Below, piece by piece: positions 12,794-23,820 of a DNA stretch of 64,000 bases (its first letter is position 1; the number at the start of each line of letters is the position of its first letter). The stretch is taken from positions 82,274,001-82,338,000 of the forward strand of contig NC_083276.1 in the NCBI RefSeq assembly GCF_963506605.1, read 5' to 3'. Made by a program: the position numbers and the translations under genes. The notes beneath the pieces are model-generated. The model did no database searches. It was not told the DNA's origin and worked only from the letters and a program-made list of their open reading frames with translations. The DNA comes from Zootoca vivipara. Taxonomy: Eukaryota.

Positions 12794-13253
12794 TATAGAT
12801 AACCAGGACTTCACAGAATACCTCTGCTCTACTAGGTACACAGTGTTAGCATTTTCACCCCTCCCATTGTGGGAATCTAGTGATCTGCTGTTATGAGAGA
12901 GGAGAGGCGGGAACTATTTCTTTGTTCTTTCATTCCTGACTCTGTCTGCTGTGTGGTGGTGTTATTTTAGCTTTATCTCTGCTGTAGATAAGATGGCTAT
13001 GTGAGAACACTCATGACACCAGTACATTTTGTAAATATGCAGCAGCTAGTAGAAATAAATGATGAATGCTTTTAAACCTCTGCATATGCTTCCGCTGTTT
13101 ACTGCTGATTTGGTGCTCATAAAGCCCAGTTATTAGTCCATGATTTCCGGGTTTATGCTGAAGGTGTTCCAGACGCCCTGCCCAGGCATAGGGGCTTAAG
13201 AAGACATGCAGGCTCAACCTGTGGCCCCACAGTAAAGGATTGGAAGGAATTAT

Positions 13254-13589
13254 GAGCCTAGGGCTTGCCGTTCGGAAGGTTGGTGGTTCAAATCCCCATT
13301 ACGGGGTGAGCCCCCGTTGCTCGGTCCCAGCTCCTGCCAACCTAACAGTTTGAAATCACATCAAAGTGCAAGTAGATAAATAGGTACCACTCCGGCGGGA
13401 AGGTAAACGGCATTTCCGTGTGCTGCTCTGGTTTCGCCAGAAGCAGCTTAGTCATGCTGGCCACATGACCCGGAAGCTGTCTGCAGACAAATGTCGGCTC
13501 CCTCGGCCAGTAAAGCGAGATGAGCATTGTAACCCCAGAGTCGGACACGACTGGACTTAACTGTCAGGGGTCCTTTACCTTTATCTTTA
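13254..13589 (+). mobile_element. Sauria SINE (5' truncated)
   Basis: Matches the other Sauria SINE copies in the window; ACCTTT tail. Confidence 0.88.
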
Positions 13590-14269
13590 TGACTCTGACA
13601 CAATAGGAAATTACATTTCTCAGGGATGCTGGCATATCTGATGCAAACAGTCTAGATGTCAGAGATGGAGGAAGAAGAAGAAAGGGAGGGAGGCGTCTCA
13701 GACCTCCAGTTTTCCTTCTCTTTGATTGTTGCCAGTGCCTCACCCACTGGCAGCAGGAAGGAAGGAATTCTTCTCCATATCAGACTGAGCCAGGGAACTT
13801 TGGAAATGAAATCAGATCACATGGTCTGATTTCAAGATAGTAACTCTACTTCAGAAAAAGTCACTAACATGTTCCCCCACCAATCTGAAGTCAATATCTT
13901 CAAAAATAAGCATTATAAAGACTTGAAACAAAATCTGCATTAAAAACAGAGGTCTGTGAAATTATTTTACCGGTAATACCATGGAGGTGAGAATACCTAA
14001 CCTTCAGTTAATGTACAAAGTTGTTGAGAATCATGAAAAAAAGTTTTCCCTTCAGATAAAAATGTGTGTCATTTAGAAGGGTTTTTATTTCATCAAAATA
14101 TGCTAGGAAATTATCTGAGCAACAAATTTTCTCTTGTTATGGTCCATACCACTGACTACTTATTAGTCTATTTATTATTTGAGGCCTTTATATACTGCCT
14201 TTAAAAAATACTTATTCTAGTTGATTTTCAATGCATTTTGAAATCCAAAGCAACAACAGTAAAGAGATA

Positions 14270-14510
14270 CAGTGGTACCTCGGGTTACAAACACCTCGGA
14301 TTACAAACACTTTGCGTTACAGACTCCGCTAACCTGGGAGTAGTACCTCGGGTTAAGAACCTTGCCCCTGGATGAGAACAGAAATCACATGGTGGCGGTG
14401 CGGCAGCAGCGGGAGGTCCCGTTAGCTAAAGTGGTATCTCAGGTTAAGAACGGTTTCAGGTTAAGAACGGACCTCCAGAAAAATTAAGTTCGTAACCAGA
14501 GGTACCACTG
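14270..14510. mobile_element. Tc1/mariner-type MITE
   Basis: TIRs CAGTGGTACCTCGGGTTAC / GTAACCAGAGGTACCACTG; TA TSD. Confidence 0.85.
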
Positions 14511-15690
14511 TACACTGAAACAAAAATCTACAAAACACACAATTGCAGGTTTATTTTGATGTCATGTGGATGATTGCATGTGTGATTTGACATCGCTGTG
14601 CGTATTTATCTTGGAAAACAGTGCTTTGTGTTCAGTATTTTTTAAAAAAACAAACAAACAGTAAACTTAAAAACAAACAATCCCCCCCCAACACAACTGA
14701 ATAATCAGCCAGATAAAAGCAGCATAATAAAATTGTCCTGCCCACATGGCCTCTGCCTGGAGTTCTGGAACCACTTTTGTTTCTCAGTGGCTGTGCACCT
14801 AGCTAGAGTGGCCAGGCTGGTTTGCATAAGTTAACCCACGAATTTCTTATCCGCCACAGTTCTGCAGCTTGTATTTCCCCTTCATATCCCAAATATTATC
14901 TAAACACTACCATTTACTAATTTATTCCATTCACTAACAGAGTCTGATACCCTGGATCTATGATGTACACAGGCACACACATTGCTATAGTCTCTGTAAA
15001 ATGGATGAATTGGGAAACTGAATTTTCTATTCTGGCTTAGGTAGATTTTTATTATTGCTGGCTCATTGAGCTTTTAGTGCCTTGAAACCTGTAGGAATTG
15101 TTTTGTAATTATATTGTCTCCTGTATTTCTACTCATCCAAACTCCACATGTACACTTTTAAGATGCATTTTGCATCATATCATTCCATAGCGTGAACAAT
15201 ACTCCAAGGGTTATTTTGTTATGGGACAAACACAGCGCATAGGGAATAATTATAGACTGTGCTACGGAGTTCTGTATGTTGCAATTAAAAATAATAGGAC
15301 ATTATCAGCAAAGAATGCCAACACTTATATCCTCCTAATAATGTCCTTTGTACACAATTATTCATTCATTTGCTTGTCTTCTCTGGGGTGCAGAATCCAG
15401 TAAAATGTTTGTTTTAATAAAGCCTCACAGGGCTAGCCACAAGTCATTGAAGAAGTTACTAATTAGAATCAAGATTGTTAAGTAAATGAGAATCATTTAA
15501 TCCTACAAGTGAACCAAGGCCAGAGCTGTAGCTAATCCATTTACTATATTTGTCAACCTCTGTATCCTGAATATTGTCAATACGTCATGTTCTTGTCTGC
15601 ATGCCATTGCCTGTACTCTGACATCGCACACATCTCCTAAATCAGTATGGAAACTATACAGTTAAGGTGGCATAACACCAGTGGTTTATA

Positions 15691-15915
15691 CAGTGGTACC
15701 TTGGGTTACAAACACCTTGGGTTACAAACACTTCAGGTTACAGACTCCGCTAACCCAGAAGTAGTACCTCGGGTTAAGAACTTTACCTCAGGATGAGAAC
15801 AGAAATTGCGCACTGGCGGCGCGGCAGCAGTGGAAGGCCCCATTAGCTAAAGTGGCACCTCAGGTTAAGAACGGACCTCTGGAACGAATTAAGTTCGTAA
15901 CCAGAGGTACCACTG
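15691..15915. mobile_element. Tc1/mariner-type MITE
   Basis: Same TIRs as the 14270 copy; TA TSD. Confidence 0.85.
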
Positions 15916-15956
15916 TAGTTTTCTGCGTTCACTAGTGTCGCAAATAGCATGTAACA

Positions 15957-16059
15957 CAGTGTTTCCCAGACTTGGGTCTCCAGCTGTTTTTGGACTACAA
16001 CTCCCATCATCCCTGAGCACTTGTCCTGCTAGCTGAAGACTGGAGTTTGGGAAACACTG
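15957..16059. mobile_element. hAT MITE (URR1-like)
   Basis: TIRs CAGTGTTTCCCA / TGGGAAACACTG; TSD atgtaaca/atgtaata; GGACTACAACTCCCATCATCCC core. Confidence 0.7.
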
Positions 16060-17159
16060 ATGTAATACTACTGGGAGAGTGAAAAGTTAATAAAAAAGGA
16101 AATAATTTAGAATAGACAAGTAAGAGATATAGAAAAAAAGAAAGAATAAAGAATAATAATTAACAGCAAGATTATTTAAATCCTCGAACACTTCCACTGC
16201 TTTCGACACAGTAATTTTATATTTTACTGTTTCTTTATACTGTCTCATAATAATACACTATCTTATATCCATAATAAGTAATCTGATTTTTTTTAAATCT
16301 CTTGTGTTTCTTGTCCTGCAGGGTTATTCCAAACATAGCCATGTTTTATTTCCCAAGCCTATTTTCTTTAAGTAATCATTTAAGCATTCCCATTGTTTCT
16401 TAGTCTTGTCTTTCGGTTTTTGTCATATTAAGTCTGTTAATTTATCTAGCTCCAGGTATTCACATAGTTTATCTATCCATTCCCCTTTTGTTGGTATAGT
16501 GGGCGCCTTCCAGGTTTTTGCAATTGTTACTCTGGCCGCTGTTGATGCGTATAAAAAGATGTTAATTTTTTTCATATGGAATGTCATTGCCTGTTTGGTT
16601 CTTTGTTGCTTCCAGAAAATACTGTAATTTATAAGGCAATTCTTTGCTCTCCCTGCAATGGTTTTCTTAATTTATGAAATTTGGCAAGTGTAAAAGCAAA
16701 AAAAATGGAAGTCCAACAATATAGAATGAGGAGTCTTCCAAATGAATTTATAAATTATTCTTTGCTTTCATGATATCCCCGAAGCCAACCAAAGTTATGA
16801 GATCCTCTAGAAAATGCTTTAGAATGAGAATGGACTGATTCTCAATTTCACTGATTTTGTAGTTATCTTGTTCTTTCTTTGTCTCCTCCTCCTCCTCCAT
16901 TGCTCAATCCTTTACCTGTCTATGGACTAGCCACACTCAACCTGCTGCTAGGGGAAACCCATCAACCCACTGTTTTGAAAGCAAGAGTACCTCTCTTTTT
17001 CATTGACAAGGTCATGGATCCCTTGGACTGAGTGCATTCTGCACCCTTCCCCACCATCCCATAAATAACCTTTTATATGTTATTTGTCCACAAATAAAAT
17101 ATAGAGAACCAATACTAATGTGGAGGGGTAAGCTGTGTGAATTTCCCCCATACTTACTA

Positions 17160-17495
17160 TTCCGATACCAGTTACAATTTTGCTCCCAACCTGAAGCCAA
17201 CTTTCCCATTGAAAGTAATGGAAAGTGGATTAATCCATTCCAGACGGTCCATGGAGTACTTAAACTGAAGCGCACTTAACCTGAAGCGAACTTTCCCATC
17301 GAAAGTAATGGAAAGTGGATTAATCTGTTCCAGACGGGTCCGCGGTTACTCAACCTGAAGCGTACTTAACCCGAGGTATGAGTGTAATTGGTTCCGGAAG
17401 TCCATACTTAACTTGAAGCGTACTTTCCCATTGAAAGTAATGGAAAGTGGATTAATCCGTTCCAGATGGGTCTGTGGAGTACTTAAAACTGAAAA
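17160..17495. mobile_element. Rearranged Tc1/mariner MITE remnant with three internal repeats
   Basis: CTTTCCCATTGAAAGTAATGGAAAGTGGATTAATC repeated three times; internal TIR-like CCGAGGTATGAGTG+TA at about 17371-17386. Confidence 0.55.
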
Positions 17496-17515
17496 TACTG
17501 CAGCAATGCTTCTTG

Positions 17516-17687
17516 ATGTCTGGTCCATTCACTAAATAGTTCACCCAGTTTTATAGCCTATGTTTTGTTATTTGAGCAAGTAGACAAAAGAGCACTCTTT
17601 ATGCTCAGCAAATTTCTGCAGTGGGTACAAGGACACACTAACTGCATTGACACTGCAATAAGTCTCTTTCAATAGATATTTGGCCAA
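17516..17687 (+). repeat. Left arm of 172-bp inverted repeat
   Basis: Reverse complement of 18931-19102, four mismatches by eye. Confidence 0.92.
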
Positions 17688-17749
17688 TGGTTCTTGATAC
17701 GAAATAACTGCCTTGAAAAAAAAGGGGGGGATACTACTGTCCCTATATA

Positions 17750-18116
17750 GGGATGCGGGTGGAGCTGTGGTCTAAACTACAGAGCCTAGGGCTTGCCGAT
17801 CAGAAGGTTGGTGGTTCAAATCCCCATGACAGGGTGAGCTCCCGTTGCTCAGTCCCTGCTCCTGCCAACCTAGCAGTTCGAAAGCACATCAAAGTGCAAG
17901 TAGATAAATAGGTACCATTCCGGCAGGAAGGTAAACGGCATTTCTGTGTGCTGTTCTGGTTTGCCAGAGGCAGCTTAGTCATGCTGGCCAGATGACCCGG
18001 AAGCTGTCTGTGGACAAACACCGGCTCCCTCGGCCTATAGAGAGAGATGAGTGCGCAACCCCAGAGTCGTCCGTGACTGGACCTAATGGTCAGGGGTACC
18101 TTTGCCTTTACCTTTT
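17750..18116 (+). mobile_element. Full-length Sauria SINE
   Basis: 15-bp TSD tactgt(c/t)cctatata at 17735-17749 and 18117-18131. Confidence 0.92.
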
Positions 18117-18443
18117 TACTGTTCCTATATACAGAACAGTTTGTGGATTTATCCATATTTAATGTTTTCTTTTTCTTTAAAAAAAAGATGTTAACATCCA
18201 TTTCACTGGGTGAAGTCATAGATCTGAAGACAGTCTTCTAATACTTTACTACCTTTCCAAATGTTTGCCTTATACCTGTAACTATTGCTTTTGTCCTCCT
18301 ACCTATCACCCCCTTTCCTTTTCTGGTGTTCTGTAGTCTGCAAGCCTGGGGTTAAAAACTATTTTACCACTGATATTTATAAGCTGCTCACAGAGACTTT
18401 TGTCAGTTGAAGAATGGGGTTAAAAAGCTCTAAATAAATAAAC

Positions 18444-18927
18444 TTGGATGGTGGATAGAGGGTTGTTCTTAGTGTCTATTTTGAATGTTCTCAAGATGTG
18501 GCAACAAGATGTTTTAATTAGGTCCACAGAGCATTTATATTGTTATGATATCCAAAAAGGACTTCCAAAACCAACTATAAAATCCTTGTTTCTCAATTGG
18601 AAGTCACAGTTTCCCTTGATTCCTTTTAATATTAAACCTTGACCTGCTAAAACTGAAAGATTGAACCAAGAACATGGACCATATCAGAAGAGAGTCACTG
18701 AATGATCTACAAAACCTTTTAATTCCATGCACATCACTGCTAAAGCCAAAAGGTAAGGTACTAACCTTTGTAGAGCTCTCTTGGTTTTTCTGAGAGCTAT
18801 AAATTAGTAGCAGCCCCTGATTCCATTGGGAAATAGCCAAAGGATTCAGTTAAGGCTTTTGTTTTAAGCACACCAAGTGGGGCACCAAGAGACAAATTCT
18901 TATCTCGCATCAGAAAAGCACCTGTTT
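18444..18927 (+). promoter_or_regulatory. Putative OR promoter/non-coding first exon module (paralog of 25419-25983)
   Basis: Colinear with 25419-25983; conserved TTTTAATTAGGTCCACAGAGC (homeodomain-type core) and donor AG/GTAAGG at 18752/18753; function inferred. Confidence 0.5.
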
Positions 18928-18930
18928 AAT

Positions 18931-19102
18931 TTGGCCAAATATCTATTGAAAGAGACTCATTGCAGTTTCAATGCATTTAGTGTGTCCTTGTACCCGCTGC
19001 AGAAATTTGCTGAGCATAAAGAGTGCTCTTTTGTCTACTTGCTCAAATAACAAAACATAGGCTATAAAACTGGGTGAACTATTTAGTGAATGGACCAGAC
19101 AT
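18931..19102 (-). repeat. Right arm of 172-bp inverted repeat
   Basis: Reverse complement of 17516-17687. Confidence 0.92.
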
Positions 19103-20072
19103 TACATATGAAATTGGTTGGGGACATTCATCTTTTGGGGACACTTTACCTCCATTTCCCACCCCAATCTATACCAGCATGTAACTCATTCTTCAGGCAT
19201 CAATCCTTATGTAGCCAAAACGGTAACACCAGCCAGGAACACAAGAGGGGTATCAGCAGGCTTTGGGGGACCTGAAAGATTTGTAGATATAGCAAAAAAC
19301 TAGCAAACCTGGTTAACTTGGGGTAAAATTCAAAAACAGACCAATGAAAACTGAGCATGACCGGCGGCCAGAGAACACTGTTTATTCAGGGAAGAGTGGG
19401 AAAGAGACCGCGGGAATGGAATGGAGTATCCTGAAACAGAACATGAATAAATGTGTGTGTGCGTGCGTGCGTGTGTGTGCGTGCGTGCGTGCGCATGTAT
19501 AATGCATGTACTCACTCCATACAGTTTCAAAGGGACATAACCATCCATCAAGAGAGCTATAGCTGAAAGTGAGGCATACATTGATGAAATACTCTGGGCT
19601 GTGAACTTGCTCTATTCACTTGCTAATCCTCTCTACTCTAACCCATCTTAACTTCCCAGCCCGTACAGGGCTGCACTGCTTTCAGAGGTGGGAAGGAGAG
19701 CAGCAGGAGAACAAAGCCCTTTGTGATCCTCCCACCTTCTCCTTTACGCCATGCTTTGTTGGAGCTGCAACCATGTTCAGGCGCATACACGCACCACCAC
19801 CCTCCCTCCCTCCGATTCTCTGTCGCTCAGAGAATACACACATGACTTTCTCCCTTACAAAAGCCTGCCCAGCAGGGGCGTAGCCAGGATCAAAACTAGG
19901 GGGGGGGGCAAGCCATGGTCGTTCAGGGGCGGGGCCAAGGCACGGAAGGGGAGGGGCCACGAAGTGGGCGGGGCTAAAGGGCCAGCGGGCCTGGTGACAT
20001 CGTGGCAGCGGCAGCAGCGGCCACCTTGTGCTTCTGGGGCTGGTAGCGTTGGCGGCTACCCTGCTTGGCTGG

Positions 20073-21090
20073 AGAGGACAGGAGGGTCGGGCAGGCGAGA
20101 GGGGGTGGCAGGGCGGGCGAGGGCGAGGCAAGACACGGCCGCAGCCACGACGGCTCCGAGGTGTTGCTGCATATCAGCATAATATTTCAACCATGGTTCA
20201 AGCCCCACCTTAGGAAAAAAATCCTGCATTGCAGGGGGTTGGACTAGATGACCCTTGTGGTCCCTTCCGACTACAATTCTACGATTCTATTGATATATTA
20301 CCATACCATATGCATTGTTCTGCTTTCTTGAATTGTCCTACTCCTAGGCATAGCAGCCAACTCCTAGAGGCCTAGGTGCCTCTCCCCCCCCCCCAATTAC
20401 TGGTAAATACCGTATTTGAAAGAGTCATCCCCTCATGTTGATGGGCTTTCTATTTGGGGCTTATCTGCCTCCCCCCGTATTTTATTAAGGATGGAAGAGG
20501 GAGGGAAGGAAGGAAGAAATAGAGAGAGAGATAACTCATATTTGTGGGTGTCTCTGGATGACGCTGTGATGCTGGAACTCTGCAGCAAGAGGACGGGAGG
20601 GTCGGGCAGGCGAGAGGGGGTGGCAGGGTGGGCGAGGCAAGGCATGGCCGCAGCCACGACGGCTCCGAGGCGTTGCTGCATATCAGCATATTTCAACCAT
20701 GGTTCAAGCCCCAGCTTAGGAAAAAATTCCTGCATTGCAGGGGGTTGGACTAGATGACTCTTGTGGTCCCTTCCGACTACAATTCTACGATTCTATTGAT
20801 ATATTACCATACCATATGCATCGTTCTGCTTTCTTGAATTGTCCTACTCCTAGGCATAGCAGCCAACTCCTAGAGGCCTAGGTGCCTCTCTCCCCCCCCC
20901 CCAATTACTGGTAAATACCGTATTTGAAAGAGTCATCCCCCCATGTTGATGGGCTTTCTATGTGGGGCATATCTGCCCCCCCGTATTTTATTAAGGATTG
21001 AAGAGGGAGGGAAGGAAGGAAGAAATAGAGAGAGGGATAACTCATATTTGTGGGTGCCTCTGGGTGACGCTGTGATGCTGGAACTCTGCA
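20073..21090 (+). repeat. Tandem duplication of about 510 bp containing a CR1 3' end
   Basis: Units 20073-20587 and 20588-21090 nearly identical; each has GCAGGGGGTTGGACTAGATGA...ATTCT CR1 tail. Confidence 0.88.
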
Positions 21091-21135
21091 TGTACAGGAG
21101 CCTTGTAAGCAGCTTTCTCTCTGCTTGATTTACAG

Positions 21136-21471
21136 CAGGCACGTCCAACAGGTAGATTGTGATCTACCAGTAGATCACTGGATGTCTGTGGTAGATCACT
21201 GGTAGGTCACTGGCACCCCTAAAAAAAGCTCACCCAAAATTTTCCTCCTCCCTCAAAAAAGTTGAACTATGACCTGAAGCCCTAAACAAAAATGGGCCTC
21301 CCTCCCTCCTAAAAGAAGCTCAACAAGTTTGACCTAAACCCCAAAAAACAGGGCTTCCCTTCCTTTAAAAAAAGCTCAGCAGCTTTGACCTGAACCCCCC
21401 AAAAGGGGGTAGATCACCCCCAGTTTTAAACTCTGAGTAGATCAGAGTCTCTTGGGAGGTGGCCACCCCTG
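21136..21471. mobile_element. hAT MITE nested in the composite element
   Basis: CAGG...CCTG termini; 8-bp TSD atttacag. Confidence 0.75.
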
Positions 21472-22246
21472 ATTTACAGTATACAGATGCAGGAGGAGGG
21501 GCAGACTGGAACACCAATGCTTTTTATAAACATCACTGTGTCTGTCAAAGCTACAGCCTCCCCCCTTTCTTATTCACTTCTTTTTAGCCTTGCAGAGCCA
21601 CCTTAGTCAAATTGAATCCTCTGAGTCTGCACCCTCATTAAATCGCCAATAGAACTCTTAATGCTCCTGAATGCTCATTAACAACTCCCATTTAAGAACA
21701 ATAGGGTGAAATGGTCAGCTATCGAATCTTGCCTGGGGATATATGCTCCATTGTCTTAACTGCTTAACTACTGGTAGCCACTTTGCTTTATTTAATTGAT
21801 GTGTTTTTGTTACTGCTGTGTCCCCCCCCCAGCAAGCGGAGACTTAGCTGCTCTTGCTAAAGCAAAGCCCTTTCCACTTCAGTTTTTGGAGGGGAAAAGT
21901 GCTGGTTATGGTCTGTAAAATACATTAATTTTTTTGCTTCTAGGGGGGGGCAGCTGCCCCCTCCTGCCCCCCCTGCCTACGCCCATGCTGCCCAGGCTTG
22001 CAGACAGTCGAAGAAACAATTACAGCAACCATCCCAACTGCTTCTCCAACACTTCGGTCATTATGTAACAGGAACAAATGTTTTTGAAAAGTATATTTCC
22101 AAATAATGGAAATCACCATTTTAAAATATGGTTTGCAATAGTCCCCCTTGTATTATCTCAGATTTTCACCTTCATTTTCAATCCTTCCCCTTATCTATCC
22201 TAATTTTAGCTGTCACTCCTGACTGAAAGTTAATCATATTGGAGAA

Positions 22247-23194
22247 ATGCAAGAGGGGAACAGGACCCAGGTGTCTGAGTTCGTTCTTTTAGGATTCACA
22301 GATCGTTCTGAAGTGGAGATACCCTTGTTTTTGCTCTTTCTACTAATCTACCTCCTAACAGTGATGGGAAATCTGGGTATGATTGTGTTAATACAGACAG
22401 ATCCCGTTTTGCAATCTCCAATGTATTTTTTCCTCAGCAACCTATCCTTCATTGACATTTGCTACTCCTCCACTATCATTCCCAGGCTGTTGTGTGACCT
22501 CCTTACAGAGAGGAAGGTGATTTCATACAACGCATGTGCCACTCAGATGTGGTTCTTCAGCGTATATGCTACAACAGAGTGCTACCTTCTGGCTGCTATG
22601 GCTTATGATCGCTTTGTTGCCATCTGCAAACCACTGATTTATCCTATTTCCATGGCCAGAAATGTGTGTCTTCAGCTTTTGGCTGGGTGCTACCTGGTGG
22701 GACTTTTTATTGCCACTGTCCACACAAGTGGTGTCTTTAGACTCTCCTTCTGTGGTCCTAATGAAATCAGTTCCTTCTACTGTGACATCCCTCCTTTGTT
22801 GCGGCTCTCCTGCTCAGACAACTATGTTTCCAAGGCTGTACTCTTCGTCCTTTCCACTTTTGTTGTGGTAGGGAATGCAATTATTGTTCTTATCTCCTAT
22901 GGTTACATCATCTCCACCATTTTGAGGATGCAGTCATCCACAGGAAGACAGAAGACCTTCTCAACCTGCGCCTCACACCTGACTGCCATTGTACTGTATT
23001 ACGGGTCCTTGACCTTCATATATGTGCAGCCTGGAGGCATTGAGGCAGTGGAGCATGAAAAGATTGTGTCTGTCTTCTACACCATTGTGATCCCCATGGT
23101 GAACCCCGTCATCTACAGTCTGAGGAACGAGGAGGTGAAAAGAGCCCTGAAGAAAAGACTGAGTAAGAAAATCTTTCACCAGGGGCCACAGTAG
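22247..23194 (+). CDS. Olfactory receptor, family 5/9-like, intact 315 aa
   Basis: [39 protein letters not shown]; NRT sequon; acceptor ...taattttag at 22209. Confidence 0.96.
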   Translation: MQEGNRTQVSEFVLLGFTDRSEVEIPLFLLFLLIYLLTVMGNLGMIVLIQTDPVLQSPMYFFLSNLSFIDICYSSTIIPRLLCDLLTERKVISYNACATQMWFFSVYATTECYLLAAMAYDRFVAICKPLIYPISMARNVCLQLLAGCYLVGLFIATVHTSGVFRLSFCGPNEISSFYCDIPPLLRLSCSDNYVSKAVLFVLSTFVVVGNAIIVLISYGYIISTILRMQSSTGRQKTFSTCASHLTAIVLYYGSLTFIYVQPGGIEAVEHEKIVSVFYTIVIPMVNPVIYSLRNEEVKRALKKRLSKKIFHQGPQ

Positions 23195-23528
23195 CAAACA
23201 TTCATATGGTGCGGATTATTATTATTTTGCTCAGTCCTGTGCATTTGTCTGCCCTCTCACGTACTATCTACGGGTGATACTGGAGCTGAGCCTAAATTTA
23301 CGAGATGTGATTTTTGTAAGGCAATTTCTGGTATTCTTTTTCCGTTTTGAGTGGTATAAAAGCTTGGTGAAATAAATAAATAAATGACAAATCCAGGTAG
23401 GTTTGAGACACTGGGTGGGTAGGTGTCGTGGTGGTGGTGGGGATGTTGGTCAGGCTGCCAGCACAATTACTGCTGTCCAAATACTGGGCATTAATGGAGT
23501 ATTGCTTCTGCTGTTGAGAGTGAAGAGA

Positions 23529-23820
23529 GGAGGAGGAGGAGGAGGAGGAGGAGGAGGAGGAGGAGGAGGAGGAGGAGGAGGAGGAGTTTGGATTTGATAT
23601 GCCGCTTTATCACTACCCTAAGGAGTCTCAAAGCGGCTAACATTCTCCTTTCCCTTCCTCCGCCACAACAAACACTCTGTGAGGTGAGTGAAGCTGAGAG
23701 ACTTCAGAGAAGTGTGACTAGCCCAAGGTCACCCAGCAGCTGCATGTGGAGGAGCGGAGGCGCGAACTCAGTCCACCAGATTACAAGTCCACCGCTCTTA
23801 ACCACTACACCACACTGGCT
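23529..23820 (-). mobile_element. tRNA-derived MIR/CORE-like squamate SINE (Squam3-type) with triplet tail, (GGA)19 on plus
   Basis: Minus-strand head AGCCAGTGTGGTGTAGTGGTTAAGAGCGG; near-identical copy at 46344-46589; (GGA)19 at 23529-23585. Confidence 0.75.

Larger units (their letters stand above)
19873..21987. mobile_element. 2.1-kb composite non-autonomous hAT element
   Basis: TIRs CAGGGGCGTAG / CTACGCCCATG (10 of 11); perfect 8-bp TSD ctgcccag (19865-19872, 21988-21995). Confidence 0.75.

Noticed and set aside
17160-17495. Regularly spaced ~35-bp direct repeats resembling a CRISPR array
   Set aside because: Eukaryotic context; the spacers are related to each other and the unit belongs to a mariner-type MITE
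19682-20247. GC-rich ORFs resembling a CpG-island first exon
   Set aside because: Lie inside the TIR/TSD-bounded hAT element and are partly duplicated
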